The position numbers and the translations under genes were made by a program. 58,661 bases of DNA from Candidatus Omnitrophota bacterium (GTDB lineage Bacteria > Omnitrophota > Gorgyraeia > Gygaellales > Profunditerraquicolaceae): the NCBI GenBank assembly GCA_041653035.1, contig JBAZGE010000003.1:1-58661 (forward strand), given 5' to 3'. Of the stretch, positions 46,096-54,824 are shown piece after piece (position 1 is the first letter of the stretch; every line of letters begins with the position of its first letter). The notes beneath the pieces are model-generated. The model did not search any database. It worked only from the letters and a program-made list of their open reading frames with translations, and had not been told where the DNA came from.

Positions 46096-46776
46096 ATGGG
46101 AGAATGGGGAACAGTTTTTCTGGAGCCGGCACGAGCGATTATTTATAACATCGGGGATTTTCTGGGAAAATTCCTTCTGGTTCTGCTGATATTGCTTATC
46201 GGTTGGCTGATCGCCAAGGTTATCAAATCCGTGGTGATAAAGACGTTTAAGTCCCTGAAACTTGATCAGCTGTCGGAAAAAATCGCTTTACATGATCTGT
46301 TGACTAAGGGGGGGATCAAGCATACTCTTTCCGAGCTTATCGGGATGATATGTTATTGGCTGGTCGTGCTGGTCGCTTTTGTTATCGCCATAAACTCCAT
46401 CAATTTGTTGATCGCTGCCGAACTTTTGAACAGGATCATTTTATACATTCCTAATATTATCGCCGCGATATTTATCCTGGTGCTGGGGATGTTTTTCGCG
46501 ACCTTGCTCAAGAATACGGTGAATACGGCGGCTACCAATGCCGGATTGACGCAGGCAGGTTTTTTGTCCAATATGGTTGAGATCGTGGTCATCGTGTTTA
46601 CTTTGATGATCGCCTTGGAACAACTTAATATCGGCGCCCGTATCATAGAATTGATGATCAGTATTATTCTGGCTTCTATCGGTTTAGGGTGCGCTCTGGC
46701 TTTTGGCCTGGGATGCCGGGATCAGGCAGGACGGTTTGTAGCCGAGTTGGTTGAGAAAATAAAGGCGAAAAAGTAG
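46096..46776 (+). CDS. polytopic membrane protein with repeated TM-helix modules (MscS-N-terminal-like conserved TM helix repeats)
   Basis: Several long hydrophobic helices, each followed by a basic stretch (e.g. LLILLIGWLIAKVIKSVV). AGGAGG Shine-Dalgarno before ATG 46096. Function unknown. Confidence 0.55.
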   Translation: MGEWGTVFLEPARAIIYNIGDFLGKFLLVLLILLIGWLIAKVIKSVVIKTFKSLKLDQLSEKIALHDLLTKGGIKHTLSELIGMICYWLVVLVAFVIAINSINLLIAAELLNRIILYIPNIIAAIFILVLGMFFATLLKNTVNTAATNAGLTQAGFLSNMVEIVVIVFTLMIALEQLNIGARIIELMISIILASIGLGCALAFGLGCRDQAGRFVAELVEKIKAKK

Positions 46777-46810
46777 CGTTTTGAGTTGTTGCGTTTGGCG
46801 TTTTGCGTAA
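46774..46810 (+). repeat. GCGTTT(T/G) tandem units downstream of the TM-helix protein gene
   Basis: TAGCGTTTTGAGTTGTTGCGTTTGGCGTTTTGCGTAA starts at the stop codon. It is the reverse-complement flavour of 39155-39182. Confidence 0.7.
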
Positions 46811-46819
46811 ATACAGAAG

Positions 46820-46858
46820 CCCCGCCTTTGTGGCTGGTTGGCCATAAAGGCGGGGTTT
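46820..46858 (+). terminator. terminator-like hairpin after the TM-helix protein gene
   Basis: CCCCGCCTTT-16 nt-AAAGGCGGGG (10-bp stem plus inner TGGC/GCCA pairing), followed by TTT. It ends 8 nt before the GH94-like ATG. Confidence 0.55.
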
Positions 46859-46865
46859 ACTCATT

Positions 46866-49517
46866 ATGGTTTACAAATTTATCGATAATTTCGGCACATT
46901 CAGGATTGATGATCCGTATGGTTATAATCTGTATTTTCCGCTTACCAATAAGGATGGGAGCCTTTTGAGTTCCATCAGCCCTAACCTGGCCGGAGATATT
47001 AAAAAAGATAACGAACATTTTCTTACCGTGCCTGCCGGAATTGAGGATCTTAGAAGTTCGCTTTTGTGCAGAAGAGAATTTTTCATCCGTACGGGGAGGC
47101 AGACCCTGCGTTTGTCTTTTCCCGGTAAACATGATGTTGTAGAGGCGGGTTTTCTCTATCATAAAGTAATTAAATCGGCGCCCGGGCTGGGTATAGAGAT
47201 CGTGAATTTCATCCCTTTTGACGCCGCGGTAGAAGTGATGTGGGTGAAGGTTTGTAATAAAAGCCGCGCGGCAGTTACCCTGTCCCCGACTTCATTCATC
47301 CCGTTATTCGGCAGGTCTGAAAAGAATCTGAGGGATCACCGGCATGTCAGCTCTCTCCTGAATCGCGTGTATCTTGACCAGTTTGGTATCCGTCTCAGGC
47401 CTACCATGGTGTTCGATGAGCGCGGGCACCGGATCAATACGGATGAGTATTTTGTCTATGGTTTTGAAGGCAGCGGAAAACCTCCGGAGGGGCAATTTCC
47501 CACGCTCGATTATTTTTATGGCAGGGGTGATATTCTGTCTCCGGACGCGGTTGAAAGGGAGGTTGTGCCGGCGAGGCAGAAGAGAACTGTTTTTGACGGG
47601 AAAGAGGCGTGTGCCGCCTTCCGTTTCGCCGATAAACGATTGCTTCCCGGGGAGGAAACCGGTTATTTTCTTGTCATGGGTGTGGAAGATTCTCCGGAAA
47701 AAGCCGGAAAGGCCTTTCAGCGGTTCAATACCGATTCAAAGATCAGGAAAAGCCTGGAAGATACCAAGGTGTATTGGCGCCGGTATCTTTCCACTCTTGC
47801 TTTTGATTTTAATGATGCGGTATTCAATAACTGGCTCTTGTGGGTTACGTTTCAGCCTACCTTAAGAAAACTTTTCGGATGTTCGTTTTTGCCTCATTTC
47901 GATTATGGGAAAGGAGGCAGGGGCTGGCGGGATCTATGGCAGGATGCCTTGACCCTTCTGGTGACGGAATCCGAAACGGCGGGAGGTTTGATTGTTTCCA
48001 ATTTCAAGGGTGTCAGGATTGACGGTTCCAATGCGACTATTATCACCAAAGACGGCGATTTCATTGCCGACCGCAACCGGATCAGCCGTGTGTGGATGGA
48101 TCACGGGGTCTGGCCGTATTTGACGCTCCGGGAATACGTACACCGGACAGGCGATATTCGTATCCTGCTTGAAGAAACAAGCTATTTCAGGGATCATCAG
48201 TTGAAACGGGCCCGGGCAGTGGATATCTCGTTCGTGCAGAAGGATTATCTGCTGCGATCTTCAAAGGGGGAGGTGCTCCGGGGGACTATCCTGGAACATG
48301 TCCTGGTTCAGATGCTGGCCCAGTTTTTTAATGTCGGCAGGCATAATGTCATCCGTCTGGAAAATGCGGATTGGAACGACGGCCTGGATATGGCTCCGAG
48401 CCGGGGAGAAAGCGCGGCTTTCAGTTTCATGTACGCGTATAATCTCCGTGACCTGTGCGTTCTTTTGACAAAACTTCGCGAGATTACCGCCGCAGTCACT
48501 GTCCCGGAAGAATTAGGTTTGCTCCTGGACCGCCTGCAATCTCCCGTGGATTATAATGATTTCCGCGAGAAACAAAAAAGACTGGGTCTGTACTTTGAGG
48601 CGGTGAAGAATATGAGCGGAGACAGGCGGAAGATATCCTTGGAAGATTTGATACGGGATCTTCAGGAAAAGGCTTCCCATATGTCGGCATGGTTACGGGA
48701 AAAACAATGGCTCAAGGAAGGTTTTTTCAACGGTTATTACGATGATGATTCTTTACCGGTGGAGGGGAGGATCAGAGGGGATATCCGTATGACCCTGCCT
48801 TCTCAGGTATTCGCGATCATGAGCGGCGTGGCAACGGATGAACAGACGAAAAGTATATGGCGTTCCGTGAATAAATATTTAAAAGATAAACGGTTGGGAT
48901 GTTTTCACCTGAATACCGACTTTGGTTCGGTATATATGAAGCTGGGGAGGGCATACGGTTTTTCATACGGGGATAAGGAAAACGGGGCTTTTTTCAGCCA
49001 TATGGTAGTTATGTTCGCGAACGCTCTTTATAAAAGGGGATTTGTTACGGAAGGATTTGAGGTAATTAATTCTTTATTCAAGATGGCTGTCGGGCCGCAG
49101 GCGTATATCAATCCCGTGCTTCCCGAATATTTTAACGCGGAAGGCAAGGGGCTCTATGCGTATCTTACCGGTTCCGCCAGCTGGTTTGTTCATACCCTGC
49201 TCGGAGAGGTTTTGGGCATAAAATTCAGGTTCGGAGATCTGGTCCTGGAACCGAAATTGCTGCCGGCTAATTTTTTCGCACAGGATATCCGGGTATCTTT
49301 GCGATCGGCGGGGGGAACTATGCGTTTTGTTTTTACCAGAGACAAAAATATCTCTCGAATTATCGGTAGGGGCACGGCATGCCGTGCCCCTACGGTTACT
49401 AAAGTCTTGCTTGGGGATTTGCCCGTTCCTGTTGTCCGGGGCGAATATCTGATCAAGCGGGCGGCCCTTCTCAGGGCCGGAAAGGAAGGCCGGGTCATAC
49501 AGGTAAATATAGACTAG
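46866..49517 (+). CDS. GH94-like glycoside phosphorylase / GH36-type glycosyl-hydrolase-domain protein
   Basis: 883 aa. NADWNDGLDM matches the catalytic-Asp region of cellobiose/chitobiose phosphorylase-like enzymes, and the N-terminal F..F.I.DP pattern fits the family. Substrate unknown. Confidence 0.7.
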   Translation: MVYKFIDNFGTFRIDDPYGYNLYFPLTNKDGSLLSSISPNLAGDIKKDNEHFLTVPAGIEDLRSSLLCRREFFIRTGRQTLRLSFPGKHDVVEAGFLYHKVIKSAPGLGIEIVNFIPFDAAVEVMWVKVCNKSRAAVTLSPTSFIPLFGRSEKNLRDHRHVSSLLNRVYLDQFGIRLRPTMVFDERGHRINTDEYFVYGFEGSGKPPEGQFPTLDYFYGRGDILSPDAVEREVVPARQKRTVFDGKEACAAFRFADKRLLPGEETGYFLVMGVEDSPEKAGKAFQRFNTDSKIRKSLEDTKVYWRRYLSTLAFDFNDAVFNNWLLWVTFQPTLRKLFGCSFLPHFDYGKGGRGWRDLWQDALTLLVTESETAGGLIVSNFKGVRIDGSNATIITKDGDFIADRNRISRVWMDHGVWPYLTLREYVHRTGDIRILLEETSYFRDHQLKRARAVDISFVQKDYLLRSSKGEVLRGTILEHVLVQMLAQFFNVGRHNVIRLENADWNDGLDMAPSRGESAAFSFMYAYNLRDLCVLLTKLREITAAVTVPEELGLLLDRLQSPVDYNDFREKQKRLGLYFEAVKNMSGDRRKISLEDLIRDLQEKASHMSAWLREKQWLKEGFFNGYYDDDSLPVEGRIRGDIRMTLPSQVFAIMSGVATDEQTKSIWRSVNKYLKDKRLGCFHLNTDFGSVYMKLGRAYGFSYGDKENGAFFSHMVVMFANALYKRGFVTEGFEVINSLFKMAVGPQAYINPVLPEYFNAEGKGLYAYLTGSASWFVHTLLGEVLGIKFRFGDLVLEPKLLPANFFAQDIRVSLRSAGGTMRFVFTRDKNISRIIGRGTACRAPTVTKVLLGDLPVPVVRGEYLIKRAALLRAGKEGRVIQVNID

Positions 49518-49524
49518 GAAGTCC

Positions 49525-49553
49525 TTGACTTATGGGGGTAAATTGCATATAAT
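49525..49553 (+). promoter_or_regulatory. consensus sigma70 promoter upstream of rpsO
   Basis: TTGACT, 17 nt, TATAAT. Predicts a 5' leader of roughly 165 nt before the rpsO start. Confidence 0.7.
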
Positions 49554-49726
49554 AGATAAAGTATATCGGCGTACAGGCAAGCGGTGTTTACCGGTTAGCG
49601 AGTTAGCGCGTTCATCGATTTAACTTCATGCACAGGTTTGCCTGGTACGGAAAAACACAGTAACAAAATACTGTATTACGAATAAAGACACGAACGCGGT
49701 TTGATGTTTGGAAGGAGGAAGGTAGA

Positions 49727-49996
49727 TTGAGTGTTGTTAGAAAAATGAAAACTCAGGTGATTGATTCGTTCAAGATACATTCTCAGGACACCGGCTCGGC
49801 ACAGGTGCAGATCGCGCTTTTGACCGAAAGGATTAACGGCCTTACTGATCATTTTAAAAGCCATAAGAAGGATTTTCATTCCCGCCGGGGCCTTTTGAAA
49901 CTTGTAGGAAAACGCCGCAGGCTTTTGAATTACCTTAAGTCCAAGGATGTCGAGAAGTACCAGAAGGTATTGGATAAACTGCACTTAAGAAAATAG
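49727..49996 (+). CDS. rpsO: 30S ribosomal protein S15
   Basis: 89 aa with [40 protein letters not shown] start after GGAAGGAGGAAGG. Confidence 0.93.
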   Translation: MSVVRKMKTQVIDSFKIHSQDTGSAQVQIALLTERINGLTDHFKSHKKDFHSRRGLLKLVGKRRRLLNYLKSKDVEKYQKVLDKLHLRK

Positions 49997-50049
49997 TCTG
50001 TGCTTTTTCTCGCCGAAAAAATAACTTAAAAATTAGCGGGGTTATTATT

Positions 50050-52140
50050 ATGAATGAAAGTAAAATCAGAAAAATTACGTTTGGAAAAGAAGAATTCGTT
50101 TTTGAAACCGGCAGGATGGCGAAGCAGGCGAATGGTTCGGTTTTAGTTCAGTACGGCGGGACGGTTGTGCTGGTGACCGCCTGTGTGTCCCGGGAACCGC
50201 GGAGCGGTATAGATTTTTTTCCGTTGACGGTGGAATATCAGGAGAAAACGTATGCCGCGGGAAAGATTCCCGGCGGTTTTTTTAAGCGGGAAGGAAGGCC
50301 GACTGAGAGTGAGATCCTCACTTCGCGGCTTATTGACCGGCCTATCCGTCCGCTGTTTCCCAAGGGGATGTATAATGACGTGCAGATCATTGCGATCGTT
50401 GTTTCCAGCGACGGGGCGAACGATCCGGATGTCTTGGCGGTAAATGGCGCGTCTCTTGCTTTGTGCATGTCCGATATTCCTTTTAACGGGCCTGTGGCTT
50501 GCTGCCGGGTGGGAAGAGTGGAAGGGGAATTTATTCTGAATCCCACCTACGCGGAACTTGAGATTTCCGAAATTGATGTCGTGGTTGTTTTGAACGCCAA
50601 CGGCGTGGTGATGATCGAATGTAAAGCAAAAGAAGTATCCGAAGAGCTGTTCATAGAAGCGGTTCAATTCGGGGTCGATCAGGGGCAGGCGCTTCTGCGC
50701 TTTCAGAATGATTTCGCGAAGGAATTAGGCAAAGAAAAGATGCAGATTGCTTTGAAGGTGATTGATCCCGTTCTGGAAAAGAAAGTCGAGGAATTAGCCG
50801 GCGGGAAGCTCCGGGATATTTATAAATTATCCAAGAAAGATGATCGGGAAGAAGGAGTGGCGTTATTGTCTAAAGAACTTGCCGCTACCTTGGTTCCTGA
50901 AGGATACATTGAAACCGACGTGAAAATGGCCCTGGTGGATGTGGAGCAAGAACAGGTGCGGAATAAAATCCTTCATGAGAAAATTCGCATTGACGGCAGG
51001 GGATTTAAGGATATACGTCCGATAACCTGCGAAGTCTCGGTTTTGCCCAGGACGCACGGTTCCGCGCTTTTTACCCGCGGACAAACACAGAGCCTTGCGG
51101 TTACCACTTTGGGTACCGGCCAGGATGAACAGCTTATCGAGGGGTTGGAAGAGGAACGGTACAAATCGTTTATGCTGCATTACAGTTTCCCTCCGTTTAG
51201 TGTAGGGGAGACCAAACCCGTACGAGGCCCCGGCAGGAGAGAAATAGGCCATGGAGCTCTCGCGGAACGCGCCCTTTTGGCTGTTATTCCTTCAAAAGAT
51301 CAATTTCCGTATACCGTCAGGGTTGTGTCCGAGGTGTTGGAATCGAACGGGTCTTCAAGCATGGCGACCGTGTGCGCGGCGACATTGTCTTTGATGGACG
51401 CGGGCGTTCCCATTAAGGATTCGGTTGCCGGCGTAGCGATGGGATTGATCAAGGAAGGAGATACCGCTCTCATCTTGACCGATATTTCCGGCCTTGAGGA
51501 TCATTTTGGCGACATGGATTTTAAAGTCGCGGGTACAAAGAACGGTGTTAATGCCGTGCAGCTTGACCTGAAGATCGACGGGATTAGCGTGGAACTGTTG
51601 AAAAACTGTACTTTGCAGGCTAAAGAAGCGCGGTTTACCATATTGGATAAGATACGGCAGGCGTTACCGGCGCCGCGGCAGGAGTTATCCGTGCACGCGC
51701 CGCGCATAGAAAAACTGAAGATTCCTACCGATAAGATAGGAGAAGTCATCGGGCCCGGAGGTAAGAATATCAAGAAGATCATTGCCCAGACCGGCTGCGC
51801 CATCGATATTGAAGACGACGGGACTGTTCTTATTTCTTCGAGTGATTCCGCGAAATCCGCCGAAGCTATCGGTATGATCAAGGCTATCACCGATGAAGTG
51901 GAAATCGGCAAGATATATGCCGCTAAAGTAAAACGAATAGTTAATTTTGGAGCGTTTTGCGAGATCGCGCCCGGGAAAGAGGGCTTGGTGCATGTGTCTG
52001 AATTGTCCGATAAGTTCGTTAAAGACGTGGCTTCCGTGATCAAGATCGGCGATGAGATCAAGGTTAAGGTGGTCGGGATCGATGAGCTGGGTAGAATTAA
52101 CTTGAGTAAGAAGAAGGCTGAGGAACAGGAAAAAGGTTAA
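50050..52140 (+). CDS. pnp: polyribonucleotide nucleotidyltransferase (PNPase)
   Basis: 696 aa. Two RNase PH-like domains followed by KH (IGEVIGPGGKNIKKI) and S1 (GLVHVSEL) domains. Canonical rpsO-pnp pair. Confidence 0.95.
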   Translation: MNESKIRKITFGKEEFVFETGRMAKQANGSVLVQYGGTVVLVTACVSREPRSGIDFFPLTVEYQEKTYAAGKIPGGFFKREGRPTESEILTSRLIDRPIRPLFPKGMYNDVQIIAIVVSSDGANDPDVLAVNGASLALCMSDIPFNGPVACCRVGRVEGEFILNPTYAELEISEIDVVVVLNANGVVMIECKAKEVSEELFIEAVQFGVDQGQALLRFQNDFAKELGKEKMQIALKVIDPVLEKKVEELAGGKLRDIYKLSKKDDREEGVALLSKELAATLVPEGYIETDVKMALVDVEQEQVRNKILHEKIRIDGRGFKDIRPITCEVSVLPRTHGSALFTRGQTQSLAVTTLGTGQDEQLIEGLEEERYKSFMLHYSFPPFSVGETKPVRGPGRREIGHGALAERALLAVIPSKDQFPYTVRVVSEVLESNGSSSMATVCAATLSLMDAGVPIKDSVAGVAMGLIKEGDTALILTDISGLEDHFGDMDFKVAGTKNGVNAVQLDLKIDGISVELLKNCTLQAKEARFTILDKIRQALPAPRQELSVHAPRIEKLKIPTDKIGEVIGPGGKNIKKIIAQTGCAIDIEDDGTVLISSSDSAKSAEAIGMIKAITDEVEIGKIYAAKVKRIVNFGAFCEIAPGKEGLVHVSELSDKFVKDVASVIKIGDEIKVKVVGIDELGRINLSKKKAEEQEKG

Positions 52141-52312
52141 TGAAGGTTAAAGGAAGTTAAAGATGGTTAATGATGGTTAAAAGCAAATTCGTCTGAGACG
52201 ATGCTGCTGAAGTAAATATTAAAAAAATGTTCATTATAGGTTTATTATTTTAACAGGCATTTTTTTAACTTTCTTTAACCGCATTTAACCGTCTTTAACC
52301 AGCATTAACCTG
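52141..52312. repeat. inverted arrays of GGTTAA units with an exact 10-nt period (pnp-ftsK spacer)
   Basis: GTTAA at 52146, 52156, 52166, 52176. TTAAC at 52266, 52276, 52286, 52296, 52306. An AT-rich spacer of about 75 nt lies between the arrays. Confidence 0.9.
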
Positions 52313-52334
52313 ATTTTTTTACCCCTCCACGACT

Positions 52335-54551
52335 GTGAAAGAGAAAAGACTCAATGAGATCGAAGGGATTGTATTAATCGCGGCTGGCCTGATTATTTTA
52401 GCCAGCCTGGTTTCTTTTGATCCCAATGATATCAGCTGGCACACCTTTCCTCCTAATAATCCCCCGCATAATCTGGTACGGACCTTCGGCGCAAATCTGG
52501 CCGGAGTTCTGGTTTTTTTGTTCGGAAGGTTCTCCAGTTTGATCATTCCTTGTTATGTTCTCTGGGCGGGAGTCAGGTTGTTCCGGCATGAGCCGCCCTA
52601 TTGGAGCATTCCCCGTATCATAGGCCTGGTCGTTTTGATCTTATCCGCCAGTTCTCTCATAGGTTTGTTTTATTTACAAAAGGAGACTCCCGGTATTTAT
52701 GCGGGCGGTGGATTGGGATTTATTGTTTCCAAATTCGTTGCCGCTTATTTTGGAAAATTCGGGGGTTATGTGCTTTTTATTTCCCTCTTTTTGTTATCTT
52801 TGGCGATCGTAACTGAGGTGCTTATTTCCACGATCTTCGCCCGGGGAATTAAATTTTTGAAACAGGGGGGTGTATGGTTCACGGATTTCGGGTGGTTTAA
52901 ATTCAATAAGAAAAAAGCGCGCCGTCAATTCTCCCCGCAAGGGGGACGCGCCGTTCCGGAAGAAAAAGCCGCACGGGAAGAACGTGCCCGTCCGCGGGTT
53001 TCAGTTTCCGACGAACCTCTTCAAAAAGCTCCTGCGGAAAAATTCGCTTTCTTCAAGCCGAAAATTAAAATAGGCAAGGAATCCATTGAATCTTCCAAAC
53101 CCAAAGAGAAAGCCCCGGTGGTTAAAAAAGGCGATTATCATCTGCCTTCTTTGGATCTTTTGGCATCGCCGCCGCCTATGGAATCGCGGCAGATCAAAGA
53201 GGATCTTGCCGGCAATGCCCGCGTCCTGGAAGAGACTATGGACGATTTCGGCATTTCCGTTAAAGTTACCGATATAGAACGCGGCCCTATCATTACGCGG
53301 TATGAACTCGAACCTGCTCCGGGCGTTAAGTTGAACCGGATCGTGGCCCTGGGTGATGATATCGCGCTGGCTATGAAAGCGCAGTCGGTGCGTATCGAGG
53401 CCCCTATTCCCGGGAAAGCCCGGGTCGGGATCGAGGTCCCTAATTCGCACAGCAGTATCGTTTATCTGAAAGAGGTCCTTTCTTCCCCTGAATTCCAGAA
53501 TTCCGATTCAAAACTTCCTCTGGCGCTCGGAAAAGATATCTCCGGGAAATCGGTGATCTCGGACTTGACGCAGATGCCGCACATCTTGATCGCCGGCACA
53601 ACCGGTTCCGGGAAAACGGTGTGCGTGAATTCGCTTATTTTATCCCTGCTTTTCAAGGCCACTCCCGCGGAATTAAAAATGGTTATGGTCGATCCGAAGA
53701 TGGTGGAATTGGCGCCGTTTAACGGTTTGCCTCATCTTATGTGTCCCGTGGTGACTGATTCTAAAAAGGCGGCATTCGCCCTTAACTGGGTGGTTGAAGA
53801 GATGGAGCGCCGTTATCGCCTGTTAGCGGATGCCGGCTCCCGTAATATAGAAGCGTATAACCAGAAGAATGACCTCCTTCCGTATATCATTTTGATCATA
53901 GACGAGTTTGCCGACTTGATGGTTGTCGCCCGGGAACAGATCGAAAGCGCTATTACCCGCCTGGCACAGCTTTCCCGTGCCGTGGGAATACATTTGATAC
54001 TGGCGACCCAGCGGCCGTCCGTCGATGTCATTACCGGCGTCATAAAGGCGAATCTTCCCGCTCGTGTTTCTTTCAAGGTTGCCTCGAAGGTCGATTCCCG
54101 CACCGTGTTGGACATGAACGGCGCGGATAAACTTTTGGGAAGGGGCGATATGCTTTTCCTCAGGCCGCAGGACGCGAAGTTGGTACGGGCGCAGGGTGCC
54201 TTGGTAGGTGACGAGGAAATAGAGAAAGTCGTGGCTTTTGTTAAGGCGCAGGGAGAGCCGGTATATAACGAAGAGATACTGAAAGAGGGCCGTAAGACCG
54301 GTTCGGTCGACGGAGGCGAAAAGGACGAGATGTATGAAGAAGCGGTGCGCATAGTTATCGAGACCAATCAGGCTTCGGTGTCCATCCTGCAAAGGCGTTT
54401 GCGCCTGGGGTATACCCGTGCCGCGCGAATAATCGACATGATGGAACAGGATGGGCTGGTAGGCCCGTTTGAGGGCAGTAAAGCCCGCAAGCTCCTGGTC
54501 GACCGGAACGCATGGCTTGAACAGGATATGGCCAAGCGAGCGTCCGGTTAA
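52335..54551 (+). CDS. ftsK: DNA translocase FtsK/SpoIIIE
   Basis: N-terminal membrane helices, linker, Walker A GTTGSGKTV, Walker B IILIIDEFADL, and a C-terminal gamma winged-helix (SILQRRLRLGYTRAARIID). GTG start. Confidence 0.93.
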   Translation: MKEKRLNEIEGIVLIAAGLIILASLVSFDPNDISWHTFPPNNPPHNLVRTFGANLAGVLVFLFGRFSSLIIPCYVLWAGVRLFRHEPPYWSIPRIIGLVVLILSASSLIGLFYLQKETPGIYAGGGLGFIVSKFVAAYFGKFGGYVLFISLFLLSLAIVTEVLISTIFARGIKFLKQGGVWFTDFGWFKFNKKKARRQFSPQGGRAVPEEKAAREERARPRVSVSDEPLQKAPAEKFAFFKPKIKIGKESIESSKPKEKAPVVKKGDYHLPSLDLLASPPPMESRQIKEDLAGNARVLEETMDDFGISVKVTDIERGPIITRYELEPAPGVKLNRIVALGDDIALAMKAQSVRIEAPIPGKARVGIEVPNSHSSIVYLKEVLSSPEFQNSDSKLPLALGKDISGKSVISDLTQMPHILIAGTTGSGKTVCVNSLILSLLFKATPAELKMVMVDPKMVELAPFNGLPHLMCPVVTDSKKAAFALNWVVEEMERRYRLLADAGSRNIEAYNQKNDLLPYIILIIDEFADLMVVAREQIESAITRLAQLSRAVGIHLILATQRPSVDVITGVIKANLPARVSFKVASKVDSRTVLDMNGADKLLGRGDMLFLRPQDAKLVRAQGALVGDEEIEKVVAFVKAQGEPVYNEEILKEGRKTGSVDGGEKDEMYEEAVRIVIETNQASVSILQRRLRLGYTRAARIIDMMEQDGLVGPFEGSKARKLLVDRNAWLEQDMAKRASG

Positions 54552-54556
54552 TGAGC

Positions 54557-54763
54557 GTCTGCTGAAAAAGCCTCATCTGCGTTGTTGCGCAGAAAGCGCA
54601 CACCGGCCTTACCAATTAGGCCGGGTGCTGCGCGCCGCGTTCCTTTGTGCGGCGTATATGGTACATACGCCTGCGCAGAAGCGCGTACCAAACCGTCCTT
54701 ATAGGTTTGGGTGCTCCGCAGTCACTTGGCGCGCGCCTATCATCTGAGGCTTTTTGAGCAGAC
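54557..54763. mobile_element. second palindromic repeat family, long copy (D1)
   Basis: TIRs GTCTGCTGAAAAAGCCTCATCTGCG ... CATCTGAGGCTTTTTGAGCAGAC. The core is shared with D2, plus two extra internal hairpin modules. Confidence 0.75.
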
Positions 54764-54824
54764 TTCCTGAAATGGTTATTTTAACAAACTGTTGTATGTA
54801 CTCTTTAGAGCGGATGGGAGTAAT

